NCBI RefSeq assembly: GCF_009914755.1
Contig: NC_060926.1
Reading direction: 5' to 3' (one strand)
Source of the DNA: the human T2T-CHM13v2.0 reference genome, Homo sapiens
DNA length: 64,000 bases
Positions 25,385-38,885 of the stretch are shown piece by piece. Every line of letters begins with the position of its first letter. Positions within the stretch are counted from its first letter, which is position 1. The position numbers were made by a program, and so were the translations under genes. A model generated the notes under the pieces. It was not told where the DNA came from. It searched no databases and was given only the letters and a program-made list of their open reading frames with translations.

Positions 25385-25554
25385 ACATTGTCAAATTTAA
25401 CAAATAAAAGTATAGGACACTCACATTTTAATTTGGGGTAAACGACAAAAATGTTTAGTATGTCTCACACAATATTTGGAACAACTTTATACTAAAAAAA
25501 TTTGTCTGAAATCCCAATTTAACTGGGCATTCTGTATTTAATTTGGCAATCCTA
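25385..25554. mobile_element. MER53 (palindromic hAT MITE), degraded
   Basis: TTTAACAAATAAAAGTATAGGACAC...TATGTCTCACACAATATTTGGAACA...TTTAACTGGGCATTCTGTATTT...TGGCAATCCTA. Confidence 0.75.
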
Positions 25555-26423
25555 CTACAATGAAAACCTGGAAATCTACCCCAAAACTAGATTTACTCAT
25601 AATAATTTAAGGGTTCTTAGAGAGGATGCCTTCCATGCAGCTAGAAGCTGAAGGATATGAGGGAACAATTACATCAATTTCAATACCTCAGTCCTTGTTT
25701 GCCTACAGTATGGGGATGGTGAGATTGAAGAAGCGGACAGTTGGAGTATAGTACGTCTGTATGCAAATGATGAAAGAGGGAGAGTGTGGAAAGACAGATT
25801 TTACACTTTTTTAAGTGATTAAGGTTGCAATGACCAGATTTCTATAATTACTGTATTCTTCCTGCCCTCCGACAACCACGTTTGATCTGTGTGACACAGT
25901 GGTTGGGACTATAGTTTGAGACAGAGGTAGGCACTAGTCCCAAGCTGATACAACTACATTCTTCTGTTAACTTGGAATTGGGCAGAAAAGAAGACTAGAT
26001 AGACTTGGAGGAACATGCAAACTTGGGGACAGTGAGATAGTCATTCTCTACAGGTTATATAGACAATATAAAAAGCCAATCTCTAGAGGAAGCAGAATAA
26101 AATAGACATGCAAAAAGGAATAAAGACAAAATATTACATGCTGCCAGGGGGGATGTGGGAACCAGAGACAGTCAGATAAAGGTTTAGTTCTTTATGATTT
26201 TCTAGATTTAATTTTATATGTCCTTCCATGTTTCCTTATAATAAGTTCCCTTTTTGTATTAGGTAGGGCATAGGCTAAAAAATTGTAACAAAGAGATCTA
26301 AAGAGCATAGTGGTTTACTTCTCTTTCAATTTAAAGCTTGACTGGTCCAGGCTGGTGGGGTGTCTGTGCTCCAGGAGGTCATGCAGGATTTCGGGTTCTT
26401 CTGCCTATTGTTCTCTTCCACCA

Positions 26424-26968
26424 GGGCTCATGACCACTCTCCAACTCTAAGTTTGATAATTCTCTAGAAGGACTCACAGAACTTAGGAAAGTGTTCTCAT
26501 TTTATCAGTTTATTACAAAGTCTACATACAATTCTGAGACAGCCAAATGAAAAAGTTGCATTAAGATAAGGTAAGGGTTGGGGGTGGCTGTGTGTAAAGC
26601 TTCTATCCCCTTTCTTGGCGCATCACCCTCCTAGCATCTCCATGTGTCTCACCAACTTGGAAGCTCTCTGAACCCCATCATTTAGGGGTTTTTTATAGAG
26701 GCTTCATTACATTGGCATGATTAATCAAATCATTAGCCATTGGCGATTAACCCAATATCCAGTCCATGTCCTCTCCTTGCAGGTTTTAGATGGAACTGAA
26801 AATTCCATTTCTAACCCAGGCTTGGTCTTACTGGAGACCAGCCAAATCTTGAAGCCATCTGGTGCCTTCCCTTCAAGTCATGTCCTTAGCATACAAAGGA
26901 CACACTCTTCACTCCAGAGAGTACAAGAATTGGGGACAAAGAACAAATATCTTCCTAGGATACCATGA
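26424..26968 (-). mobile_element. MER21-family LTR fragment
   Basis: TTTGATAATTCTCTAGAAGGACTCACAGAACT and CCAACTTGGAAGCTCTCTGAACCC...GGCTTCATTACATTGGCATGATT; similar in reverse to the LTR at 42981-44345. Confidence 0.6.
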
Positions 26969-27381
26969 TAGGATAAAGAGAAAAATCCTACAGGTACAGA
27001 ATAGAAATATCAGGTTACCTACAAAGAACAAGAATCAAAGCTGCCTCTTCTCTATGGGCCTAAATAACGGAAAGCAGTGAAATCAGTTCATAAGACTTCT
27101 ATGAAGAAATGTTATGATGCCCCAAATATATATCTGTTCAAGTTGTATTATTGAATGAAAATTATAAAAGGCATTTACAGACCCAGATTTCATGAAATGA
27201 GTGCAAAGTTTTCAGTATCCACATTCTAGGATTGCACTTATATATCTGTTTTTCTGGCTTCCTATTAAGAAAAGAGCACGTATATTCCAAATAGTTGATT
27301 TTCTTCATACATGTGCACAATTATAACATATATCAAATTATTTGTTCCAAAAATAAGAATAAGACTTTGAGGGAATAGCTA

Positions 27382-28768
27382 AAGTAATAACATGCATTTT
27401 AAACAAATCGATTGACTATTTTAATAGGAACTTATCCATTATTGCTGCTTTTTATGGATTCTGAAATTATACTTTATTCTAATTTTAAATAAAGATTTTC
27501 AGGTTTACAGAAAAGTTATAAGACTAATACAACAAATTCTCACACGCTTTTAAACAAGATTTTTCAAAATTAACATTTTACCACATTTGCTTTCTCTTCT
27601 CTCTCTCTGTGTGTGTCTCTGTGAGCACTTGTGTGTGCATGCGTGGACACACATATCTGAATCATTTGAGAGAAAGCTCTAACAATGATGCTTACTTATA
27701 CTTAAATATTGTTTCAGTCTATTCTGGCATTGCCATAATGAACTACCTGAGACTGGGTAATTTATAAAGAAGAAAGGTTTAATTGACTCATGGTTCTGCA
27801 GGTTGTACAGGAAGCATGGCTGGGAGACCTCAGGAAACTTACAGTCATGGTGGAAGGCAAAGGGGAAGCAGGCACATCATATGTGGCCAGAGAAGGAGAA
27901 ATAGAGTGAAGTGGGAGGTGCTACACACTTTTAAACAACCGGATATTGTGATAACTGACTCGCTATCATGAGAACAGCAAGGGGTAAATCTGCTCCCGTG
28001 ATCCAATCACCTCCCCCAGACCCCTCCTCCAACATTGGAGATTACAAATTCGACCTGAGATTTGGGTGGGACCACAAATCCAAACCATATCAAATACTTT
28101 AAAACAAATACCTTCTCTTATAAAACCACAGGACAGTTAACAAAATCAGGAAACTAACATTGACCAAACACTACCTTCTAATCTACACACCTGTACATTT
28201 TTACATTTGTCAGTAACATCCTTTGTAGTAAAAAAAATCTTAGATCACAGGTTGCATTAGTTGTCATATCTCCTTAGCCTCCTCTAAAAAAATTTTTTTT
28301 GTGGGTACATAGTAGGTGTATACGTTTCTGGGGTATATGAGATGTTTTGGTATAAGCATGCAATATGTAATAATCACATAATGAAAAATTGTGTATGCAT
28401 CCCCTCAAGAATTTATCCTTTGTATTAAGAACTATCCTATTATACTTTTCTACTTATTTTAAAATGAGCAATTAAGTTATTGACTGTATTATAAGTAATA
28501 ACATGAATTTTAAACAAATTGATCTACTATTTTAATAGGAACTTATCCATTATTGCTGCTTTTTATGGATTCTGAAATTATATTTTATTCTAATTTTAAA
28601 TAAATGTTTTCAGGTTTACGGAAGAATTACAAGACTAATACAACAAATTCTCACATGCTTTTAAAGAAGCTTGTTTTATCACATTTGCTTTCCCTTCTCT
28701 CTCTGTGTGCCTCTATGTGCACTTGTGTGTGCATGTGTGGACACACACACATCTGAATCATTTGAGAG
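27382..28768 (+). repeat. Local direct duplication: 27382-27672 copied to 28493-28768
   Basis: Both copies share AAGTAATAACATG...TAGGAACTTATCCATTATTGCTGCTTTTTATGGATTCTGAAATTAT...ATCTGAATCATTTGAGAG. Confidence 0.93.
27710..28092 (-). mobile_element. MSTA-like MaLR solo LTR
   Basis: TACCTGAGACTGGGTAATTTATAAAG...GATTTGGGTGGGACCACAAATCCAAACCATATCA. TSD AATAT/AATAC. Confidence 0.88.
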
Positions 28769-31201
28769 GAAATGATTATTATTGACTATAGTCAGTAATA
28801 ATTTAATGTATTTAATATATAAAAATAATAATTTAATATATAATTGACTACAGTCAATAATAATTCTCTTGTGCTGTCAAATACTACATCTTATTCATTC
28901 TTTCTATTTTTTTTGTACCCATTAACCATCCCCATCATCACCCCCCTCCCTACCCTTCCCAGCCTCTGGTAACCAGCCTTCTATTCTGTATCTTCATGAG
29001 TTCAATTGTTTTGATTTGCATATCCCACAAATAAGTGAGTACATGCAGTGTTTGTCTTTCTGTCCACCTGGCTTATTTCACTTAACATAATGACCTCCAG
29101 TTCCATCCATGTTGTTGCAAATGACAGAGTATCATTCTCTTTTTTATAGCAGAATAGTACTCCATTGTATATAAGTACATTTTCTTTATTCATTCATCTG
29201 TTCATGGACACTTAGATTGCTTCCAAATGTTGACTATTATGAACAATGCGGCAATAAACATGGGAGTACAGATCACTCTTCTCTATATTGATTTCCTTCC
29301 TTTCGGTTGTGTACACCTAGCAGTGGGATTGTTGAATCACATGATTGTTCTATTTTTAGTTTTTCAAGGAATCTTCAAACTGTTCTCCGTAGTGGCTGTA
29401 CTAATTTACATTCCCACCAACAGCGTATGAGGATTCCCTTTTCTCCACGTCCTCGCCACCATTTGTTATTGCCTGATTTTTGAATAAAAGCCATTTTAAC
29501 TGGAATGAAGTTATATCTCTTTGTAGTTTTGATTTGCATTTCTCTGATGATCAACGACAAGGACTTTTTCATATGCCTGTTTGCCAGTTGTATGTCTTCT
29601 TTTGAGAAATGTCTATTCAGATTTTTTGCCCATTTTAAAATAGGATTTTTAGAGTTTTTCCTATAGAGTTGTTTGAGCTCCTTATAATATATAAGGAGCT
29701 GGTTATTATATAACCCTTGTAAAATGTGTAGTTTGCAAATATTTTCTCCCATTCTCTGGGTTGTCTCTTAATTTGGTGATTGTTTCCTTTGTGGCACAGA
29801 AGCTTTTTAACTGGATGTCATCCCATTTGTCAATTTCACCTTTGGTTCCTATACTTATGGGATATTTCCCAGAAAATTTTTACCCAGATCAATGTCCTGG
29901 AGAGTTTCCCCAAAGTTTTCATGTGGTAGTTTCATAGTTTGAAGTCTCAGATTTAAGTTTTTAATCAATTTTGATTTGGTTTTTGTACAGGGCGAGAGAT
30001 AGGGATCACATTTAATTCTTCTGCATATGAATATCCAGTTTTCCCAGCATCATTTGTTGATGACACTGTCTTTTTTCTAATGTAGGTTCTTAGCACCTTT
30101 ATTAAAAATGAGTTTACTGTAGGTGTGTGGATTTGTTTCTTGGTTCTCTGTCTATTCCATTGGTCTGCGTGTCCATTTTTATGCCTGTACCACACTGTTT
30201 TAGTTACTATACCTTTGTGGTGTAATTCAAGGTCAGGTAATGTGATTCCTCCAGTTTTGTTCTTTATCCTTAGGATAGCTTTGGCTATTCTGGGTCTTTT
30301 GTGACTCTGTATAAATTTTAGGATTGGTTTTTCTTTTTATCTGAAGAATGTTGTTGGTATTTTGATAGGGATTGCATTTAATCTGTAGATTGCTTTGGGT
30401 AGTATGGACATTTTAGCAATATTAATTCTTCCCATCCAGGAACATGGAATATCTTTCCATTTTTTGGTATCCTCTCCAAGTTCTTTGATCAGTGTTTTAT
30501 AGGTTTCATTGTAGAGATCTTTCACTTCTTCAGTTAAGCTGATTTCTAGGTACTTAATTTTATTTGTGGCTACTGTAAATGGGATTACTTTTCAGATTTT
30601 TTTCATATTGTTCATGTTGGCATATAGAAATGTTACTATTTTTTGTTGTTGCTTTTGAATCCGATCTTATCAACTGCAAACAAGGATAATTTGGCTTCTT
30701 ATTTTCCAATTTGGATACCCTTTATTTCTTTCTCTTGTCTGATTGCTCTAGCTAAGATTTCCAGTACTTCATAGAATAACAGTGGTTGAAGTGGGCATCC
30801 TTGTCATGTTCCAGATCTAGGAGGAAGAGCTTTCAGTTTTTCCCCATTCAGTACAATACTAGCTGTGGGTCTGTCATATATGGCTTTTATTAAGTTGAGG
30901 TATGTTGTTTCTATACCCAGTTTTTTTTGAGGATTTTTATTATGAAGGGATGCTGAACTTTATCAAACACTTTTTTTTTAGCATCAATTGAAATGATCAT
31001 ATGCTTTTTGTCCTTAATTCTGTTGATATAATGTATCACATCGATTTATTTGGGTATGCTGAACCATCCTTGCATTCCTGAAATAAGTCCCACTTGGTCA
31101 TGATAAATGATATTTCTAATGCATTGAATTTGGTTTGCTAGTTTGCTAGTATTTTGTTGAAAATATTTGCATCAATATTCATCAGAGATATTAGCCTGTA
31201 G

Positions 31202-31270
31202 TTTCCTTCTTTCCTTCCTTCCTTCCTTCCTTCCCTCCTTTCTTTTTTTCTTTCTTCTTTCTTCTTTTTA
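31202..31270. repeat. (TTCC)n/(TTC)n pyrimidine microsatellite within L1
   Basis: Read directly. Confidence 0.85.
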
Positions 31271-34149
31271 TGTGCTTTCTTCTGGTTTTGCTACCAGGGT
31301 AATATGGCCCCATAGAATGAATTTGGAAGTATTCCTTCCTCCTCCGTTTTTTAAAACAGTTTAAGTAGGATTGGTGTTAGTTCTTCTTTAAATGTTTGGT
31401 AGACTTCAGCAGTGAAGCTGTAGGGTCCCAGGCTCTTCTTTACGGGGAGACTTTTTATTATGGCTTTAATTTCATTACTTGTCTGCCTAGGTTTTGGATT
31501 TCTTCATGGTTCAATCTTGGTAGGTTGTATGTGTCTAAGAACTTATCAATTTCTTCTAGATTTTTAAATTTATTTGCATATAGTTGCTCATAGTAGCCAC
31601 TAATGATCCTTTAAATTTTTGCAGTATCAGTCATAATGTTTCCTTTCTCATCTCTGACTTTATTTATTTGGGTCTTCTTTCTTAGTTACTCTGGTTATTT
31701 CTTCTTTGTTATTCTGGTTAAAGATTTGTCAGTTTTGTTTATGTTTTCAAAAAACCAATGTTTGTTTTATTGATGTTTTGTATTTTTTCTTCATTTTAAA
31801 TTTACTTATTCCTGCTCTAATCTTTAGTATTTCTTCTACTAATTTTGGGTTTGGTTTGCTCTTGTTTTCTCATTCTTTAACATGGATCTTTATTTAGTTG
31901 AAGTTTTTCTTCATTTTTTTACTGTTGGAGATTATAACTACAAATTTCTGTCAGTATTATTTTCACTGTATCTCATAGGTTTTGATATGTGATATTTCCA
32001 TTATCATTGATTTCAAGAAGTTTTTCAGTTTTCTTCTTAATTTTTTTATTAATCAACTGGTCATTCTGGAACATATTATTTAATTTCCATGTGTTTGTAT
32101 AGTTTCCAAAATTCTTCTTGTTGTTGATTTGTAGCTTTATTCTATTGTAGTTACAGAACATGCTTGATATTATTTCAAATTTTTTGAATGTTTTAAGGCT
32201 TGTTTTGTGGCCTATCATATGGTCTATCCTTGGGAATGATTCATGTGCTGAGGAAAAAAAATGTGTGTTCTGTAGCCATTGGAAGAAATGTTCTGTAACT
32301 ATCTATTAAGTCCATTTGTTCTAGAGTGCAGATTAAGGCTGATGCTTCTTTGTTGATTTTCTATCTGGGGGATCTGCCTAATGCAGAAAGTGGGCAGTTG
32401 AAGTTTCCAGTTATTATCATATTGGGGTCTGTCTCTCTCTTTAGCTCTAATAATATTTGTTTTATATATCTGGGTAGCCCAGATTAGGGTGCATATATAT
32501 TTACAATTGTTATATACTCTTGCTGAATTGATACCTTTATCATTATATAATGGCTTTCTTTGTCTCTTCTTACAGTTTTTGTCTTGAAATCTGTTTTGGC
32601 TAATATAAGTATAGTGAATCTGTTCATTTTTGCCTTCCATTTGTATGGAATATCTTTTTCCATTTCTTTATTTTCAGCCTACATGTATTTTTATACATGA
32701 AGTGTATTTCTTTTAGGAAACAGATCATTGGGTCTTGTTTATTCATCCATTCAGCCCCTCTATGTCTTTTGTTTGGAGAGTTTAGACCATTTACATTCAA
32801 TTTTAATTGACAAGTGAGGACTTACTCCTGCTACTTTATTTATTTATTTATTTTTTGTGGTCTTCTCTTCCTTCTTTCCTTCCTTTCTGTCTTCCTTTCA
32901 GTGAAAGTTATTTTATCTGGTAGTATACATTAATTTCTTGCTTTTAATTTTTTGTGGATCTGTTGTATGTTTTTTGGCTTGAAATTACCATGAGGCTTGC
33001 AAATACTATCTTATAACCCATTATTTTAAACTTATGACAACTTAACACTGATAGCATAAACAAGAAACAGTCATGCAAAAAGAAAACTAATAAAAACTCT
33101 ACAGTTAAACTTTGTCCCCCTACTTTTTTCATTATTTTCCTTATGTCTTATTGCACTAAGTCTTGAAAAGTTGTTGTAGTTATTATTTTTTGATTCATTT
33201 ATCTTTTAGTCTTTTAAGTCAAGAGAAGTTTTTACACCACATTTACGGTGTTGTACTATTCATGTTTTACTGTGTGCGTACTGTTACCAGTAAGTTTTGT
33301 GCCTTCAGACAATTTCTTCCTGCTGATTAACATCCCTTTCTTTCAGATTGAAGAACTCCCTTCAGCTTTTCTTGTAGAACGGTCTAGTGTTGATGAAATC
33401 CTTCAGCTTTTTTTTTCTTTTGGTTTGGGAAGGTTTTTATTTCTCTTCCATGCTTAAAGGATATTTTCACTTGATATACTATTCTAGGGTAAAAGTTCTT
33501 CTCTTTCAGCACTTTAAGTATGTCATGCCACTCTCTCTTGGCCTGTAAGGTTTCCACTGAAAAGTTTGTTGCCAGACATATTGGAACTCCACTGTACATT
33601 ATTTGTCTCTTTTGTCTTACTGCTTTTAGAATCCTTTCTTTATCCCCCTACCCCGCTTTGGGAGTTTGATTATTAAATACCTTGAGGTAGTCTTTTTGGG
33701 TTAAATATGCTTAGTGTTCCAAAACTTTCTCGTACTTGAATGTTGATGTCTTTCTCTAGGTTTGAGATGCTCTCAGTTATTATTACTTTGAATAAACTTT
33801 CCACCTATCTTTTTCTCTACTTCCTCTTTATGTCCAAAAACTCTTAGATTTGTCCTTTTGAGGCTATTTTCTAGATTTTGTAGGAATGCTTCTTTTTTCC
33901 TTATTCTTTTGTCTCCTGACTATGTATTTGCAAAAAGCCTGTCTTCCAGACTACTAATTCTTTCTTATGTTTGATCAGTTCTGCTATTTAGAGATTCTGA
34001 TACATTCTTCAGCATGTCAATTGCATTTTTCAACTCTAGCATTACTGCTTGACTCTTTTTAATTATTTCATTCTCTTTATTAAATTTATTTGATAGAATT
34101 CTGAATTCCTTTTCTGTGTTATCTTGAATTTCTTCGAGTATTTTTATAT

Positions 34150-34218
34150 CTTTTTATATTTAGAGATAGGGTTTTGCCATGTTATCCAAGTTGGTCTTGA
34201 ACTTCTGGACTCAAGTGA
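34150..34218 (-). mobile_element. Alu fragment inside the L1
   Basis: TTAGAGATAGGGTTTTGCCATGTTATCCAAGTTGGTCTTGAACTTCTGGACTCAAGTGA. Confidence 0.75.
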
Positions 34219-37200
34219 AAACAGCTATGTTTTATCTGTCTGAAAGGTCATATATCTCTGTTTCTCCAGGATTGGCCCCTGGTGCCTTATGTAGTTAATG
34301 TGGTGAGGTCATGTTTTCCTGGATGGTGTTGATACTTTAGATGCTCTTTGGTGTCTGGGCATTGAGGAGTTATGTATTTATTGTAGTCTTCACAGTTTGG
34401 GCTTGTTTGTGCCTGTTCTTTTTGGGAAGGCTTTCCAGGGATTTGAAGGCACCTGGGCCCCAAGCCCAGTAAGTAATGCTGTGATTTTTACAGACTCATA
34501 GAATTTCTGCCTTGGTGGCCTTGGATAAGATCTGGAAGGATTCTCTGGATTACCAGGCAGAAACACTTGTTCTTTTTCCTTTTTTTTAATCCCAAAATAT
34601 ACAGATTCTTGCTCTCTGTGCTGAACCACCTGAACTGGGAATGTAGTGATGCAAGCACCTTTATGGTCACCACCACTGGGACTGTGCTGGGTCAAACATG
34701 AAACCATCACAGCACCGGGCCTTACCCGAAACCCTTCACTTCGGTGTGGCAACTTCCACCAAGCCCTTGGCATGTCCAGAGATGTGGTCTGGGATTGGAG
34801 TAAAAAACCTTAGCAATTTATGTAATGTTCTATTCTACTGCGGCCAAGCTGGCACTCAAACCACAATATAAAATTCTTCTTATTTTTACTCCCCTTTCCA
34901 CAGGCAGAGGAGCCTCTGTCACTCTGTGACTACCACCACCACTGGTCCATGGGAGATTTTGCCAGGCCAGTGCTGACATTTGCTTAAAGCTCAAGGGCTC
35001 TTCTGTCAGCTTGTGATGAATGCTGTGAGGCCTTGGACTCACCCTTCAGGGAAGTGGGCTCCCCTCTGGCCCAGGGCAGGTCCAGAAATGCTGTCTAAGA
35101 GCCAAGGCCTGGACTTAGCAACCCCAAGACCCAGATTGTTGCTCTACTTTACTGTGGCTGACCTGGTACTTAGGGTGCAAGACAAAGTCCCCTCTACTTT
35201 TCCCTCTGCTTTTCTCAAAAAGAAGTCTTTCACCATAGCCACCACAGCTGAGAATATATGGGTCTCCCCTGATTTTGTACATCTCAGAGCCCATGGCCCA
35301 CAGTGCACTCCCTGGGTATCGCAGGTGGTTATTCAGGGCTTAAGGGCTATTTAGTCAGCAGGTGGCAAATCCTGCCACAACTGGTTCCTTCCTCTGAAAG
35401 CAGCAAGTTCCTGTTTGGCCCAGGGTATGTCTAGAAATATTTTCTGGTTGCTCAGTGCTGGAATGGAGGCCTCAAAACTCTGCCTGGTCCCCTGTCCTAG
35501 CTGGTGTCCAAGATGTAAGACAAAATCGTCTTTATTCTTCACTCTCCTCTCTTTAAGCAGAAGGAAGGAGTCACTTTTATTGCTATGAGCTGTACTGCCT
35601 GGGGTTGGGGGAGGGGTAGCATAAGCCCTCCTTTAGCCATGCCACCTGATACCTCCCTTGGTCATGTGCTACTCTCATTCACTGGCTCTAAGCCCAGCCT
35701 AACAGTAGGAGTTCCCTAAGAATTGCAGACATTGTGTCCTAGAATGCGCTTCAAGTTTATCTAGAACTCCAGAGCACTTTAGCCCATGGGGGAGGCATAA
35801 TGGCAAAGTTTGCGAAGAAATTCAAGTTATGACTGCTGGGATGGGCAGTTTCCCTCTGGCTAGGGCTGGTCCCACTTCTCTTTTCATGTGGGGGCACTGG
35901 CTGACCCAGCACAGCTTTATTCTCTGCTGTGACAGGGCAGCAGTAAGTTCAATGTAAATTCCCCCAGCTGCCGCACTTTCCCTCCTCAATGTACACAGAT
36001 TCTCTCTCCATACCATAGAGCTGCTATCAGGGGATGGGGGAGGGGTGGCATTGATGATTCAAGACTCTCTCTCCTGCCCACCTCAATGAGGGCATGATAT
36101 GAAGTTAAAACCAGATACTGTGGTTGCTCCATGATATGGAGTTAAAACCAGGTACTATGATTGCTCACCTGATTTGTGGTTATTTTAATGGTGCTTTTCT
36201 GTGTACAGATAGTTGTTAAAATTTGGTGTTCCAGCATGTGGGTGGTGGGGTGGTGAAGAGTGTAAGCTTCTATTCTGCCATCTTGCTTTGCTCAAGCCTC
36301 CTTTAATTTAAAGTAGTTTCTCAGTTTCTTTTCCTTTTTGTCTTTCATAACATTGACATTTTTGGAGAATACACACTGGTTATTCTGTAGAATGCCTTTT
36401 AACTTAAATTTGTCTGGTGTTTTGTCATGATTAGATTCATGTTATGTATGCATTTTTTCAGGAATACCACACAAGTGATGAATTGTTTTCTCAGTGGATC
36501 ATATCAGGAGGCATATGAGGCCAATTTCATTGGAGGTAGTTTTATTATAAAATAAATATTGACTAAATTAAGTAGTCTATTCATTCACATAGTTGACTTA
36601 CTCTGGTGCAAGTTTTTTGTTTTAATCTTATTGTTGATTGGTAAAAAATAATTCATGAACTGGCATTTTGAGTAGCACTTTTACAATATAAATTTGTTAG
36701 TTATATTTTCAATGTCTATTTACCAACTTGTCCCCTTCACAATAGTCTTTAATTTTTATTTGGGGATTTCACCTTTATCTGGGGACACTAACTCAATCCA
36801 TCACTCTACCAGAGGGCCTATGATCAAGACTAGACCAATAAAAGCATTGCATCCCTCTGGATACTTGTTTTAGTCATGGAATGTGACCAAACGTGTCCAA
36901 TCACAACAAATCTTGGGATTTGGATGGAAACCTTGGGGCAGAGATGCTATTTTCTTGTGGACAATATGGTAGAAATGTGAAGTCTAGAATTTCTGCAGCC
37001 ATTGTTACTCTGGGGTCAACCTGAGAACAAAGGCCATTGAAGGAGGAACAGTTGAACAAAGTGAAGAGAGCAGAAACACTGTTAGCCTTCTGAATGTGGA
37101 GATTAACCTTGACCTGTAGCATGCTGCTGAACTGTCTAGCAGCAGTTCTAAACCAAGCTTTGTACTATTCACTATGGGAAGAAACACTGCTTGTGTTGGG

Positions 37201-37374
37201 GGCTGCTGTCACCAGCATTTAGTTCCTAAGGCCAGGGATGGTAAATATTTTGTGATGTAAAGAATAATTAGGAATAATAAAGAATTACTTCAGAAAAAAT
37301 GTCAATAGCATGTTCCCCCATTAAGAGATACTTTCTAACTTTTTAGATTTAGCTTTAAATTTTGAATTATTTTG

Positions 37375-37547
37375 GGCTGGACTCAGCGGCTCACATCTGT
37401 AATCCTAGCATTTTGGGAGGCTGAGGCAGGAGGATCACTGGAGCCCAGTAATTCGAGGCTGTACTGAGCCATAATCATGCCACTAGTGACAGCCTGGGTG
37501 ACAGAGACCTTGTCTCTAACAAACAAACAAACAAGCAAACAAAAACC
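37375..37547 (+). mobile_element. Old Alu monomer (FRAM/AluJ-like)
   Basis: GGCTGGACTCAGCGGCTCACATCTGTAATCC...CAGCCTGGGTGACAGAGACCTTGTCTC with an (AAAC)n tail. Confidence 0.85.
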
Positions 37548-38885
37548 AAGTGTGGCATTGGCAAATAGATCAATGGAATAGAATAGAGAACCCAGAAATA
37601 AACCCTGGTTATATAGTTGATGATCTTCAACAAGGGTGCCTAGACTACTCAGTGGGAAAAGGACAGTTTCTTCAACAAATAGTGTTGGGAAAACTGGGTA
37701 TCTATGTGCAAAATAATGAAGTTGGACTCCTCTTTTACATTATATACAAAAGTTAATGGAAAATGGACTACAGACCTAAATGTAAAATCCCAAACTATAA
37801 AACTCTTATAAGATAATGTAGAGAAAAAGCTTTGTAACATAACACTGGACTTGGCAATGATTTCTTGGATATGTCCCCTACAAAGCACAGACAACAAAAG
37901 AAAACTAGGCAAATAGCACTGTATGAAACTTAAAAACTTTTGTGCATCAAAGCACACAATCAACTGAGTAAAAAGGCAACTGGCAAAATGGGAGAAAATA
38001 TTTGCAAGTTTTATGACTGTTAAGAGGTTAATATCCAGAATATATAAAGAACTCCTACAACTCAACAACAAAAATCAAATAATCTGATTAAAAATTGGGC
38101 AAAGATCTTGAGCAGATATTTCTTCGAAGAAGAAATAAAAATGGCCAACATTCATATGAAAAGATGCTCAATTATCACTAATCATCTGAGAAATATAAAT
38201 CAAAACCACAATGAAATAATTCTTCATACCTATTAGGATGGCTACCATAAAAAAAATCCCAGAAAATAACATATGTTGGAAAGCATGTGGATAAATATGA
38301 ACCCTGGTGCACTACTGGTAGGATTATAAAATGGTGCAAACCCTATTGGAAACAGTACGGAAGTTCCTCAAAAATTGAACTACCATGTGATCTAGGAATC
38401 CTACTTCTCAGCATGTATCGGAAAGAATTGAAGGCAGGATCTTAAAGAAATACTTGCAAACCCATGTTAATAGCAGCATCATTCATAATAGCATAGAGGT
38501 GAAGTAACCCAAATGTCCATCAACAGATGAAGGCATAACCAAAATGTAGCATATGCATACAATAGAATATTTTGCCTTACAAAGAAAGAAACTTATCATA
38601 TGCTACATCATGGATGAATTTTGGAAATATCATGTTAAGTGAAGTAACCAAGTCACAATAAGAGTCCACTTATGTGAGATATTTAAAGCAGTAAAATTCA
38701 TATAAATAGTACAATGTTGGTTACCAGGGATTAAGGGAAGAGGAAAAGCCACATTATTTAATTAGTATAGAGTTTTCAGATTTGCAAGATGAAAAAGCTC
38801 TGGCAATTTTTTTTGCAACAATAAGAACATACTTAATACTACCAAACTGTACACTTAAACATGGTTAAGATAATACATTCTAGGT
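37548..38885 (+). mobile_element. L1MB-like 3' fragment
   Basis: ORF2 C-terminal relic (IDQWNRIENPEINP) followed by an L1MB-type 3' UTR (GCAAGATGAAAAAG...ACTGTACACTTAAA). Confidence 0.85.

Larger units (their letters stand above)
28288..36294 (-). mobile_element. Near full-length ancient L1 (L1MA2-like), inactive
   Basis: L1MA-type 3' end at ~28300. ORF2 relics (30337-30525 [14 protein letters not shown]; 31973-32218 GHKTSL), ORF1 relic (33384-33599 FSVETLQAKREW), 5' end CAAGATGGCAGAATAG. TSD AGCCTCCT(C/T)TAA at 28276-28287 and 36295-36306. Confidence 0.92.

Noticed and set aside
25385-25554. miR-1302-type precursor from MER53
   Set aside because: The mature-like segment (TTGGAACAACTTTATACT) and the hairpin symmetry are degraded.
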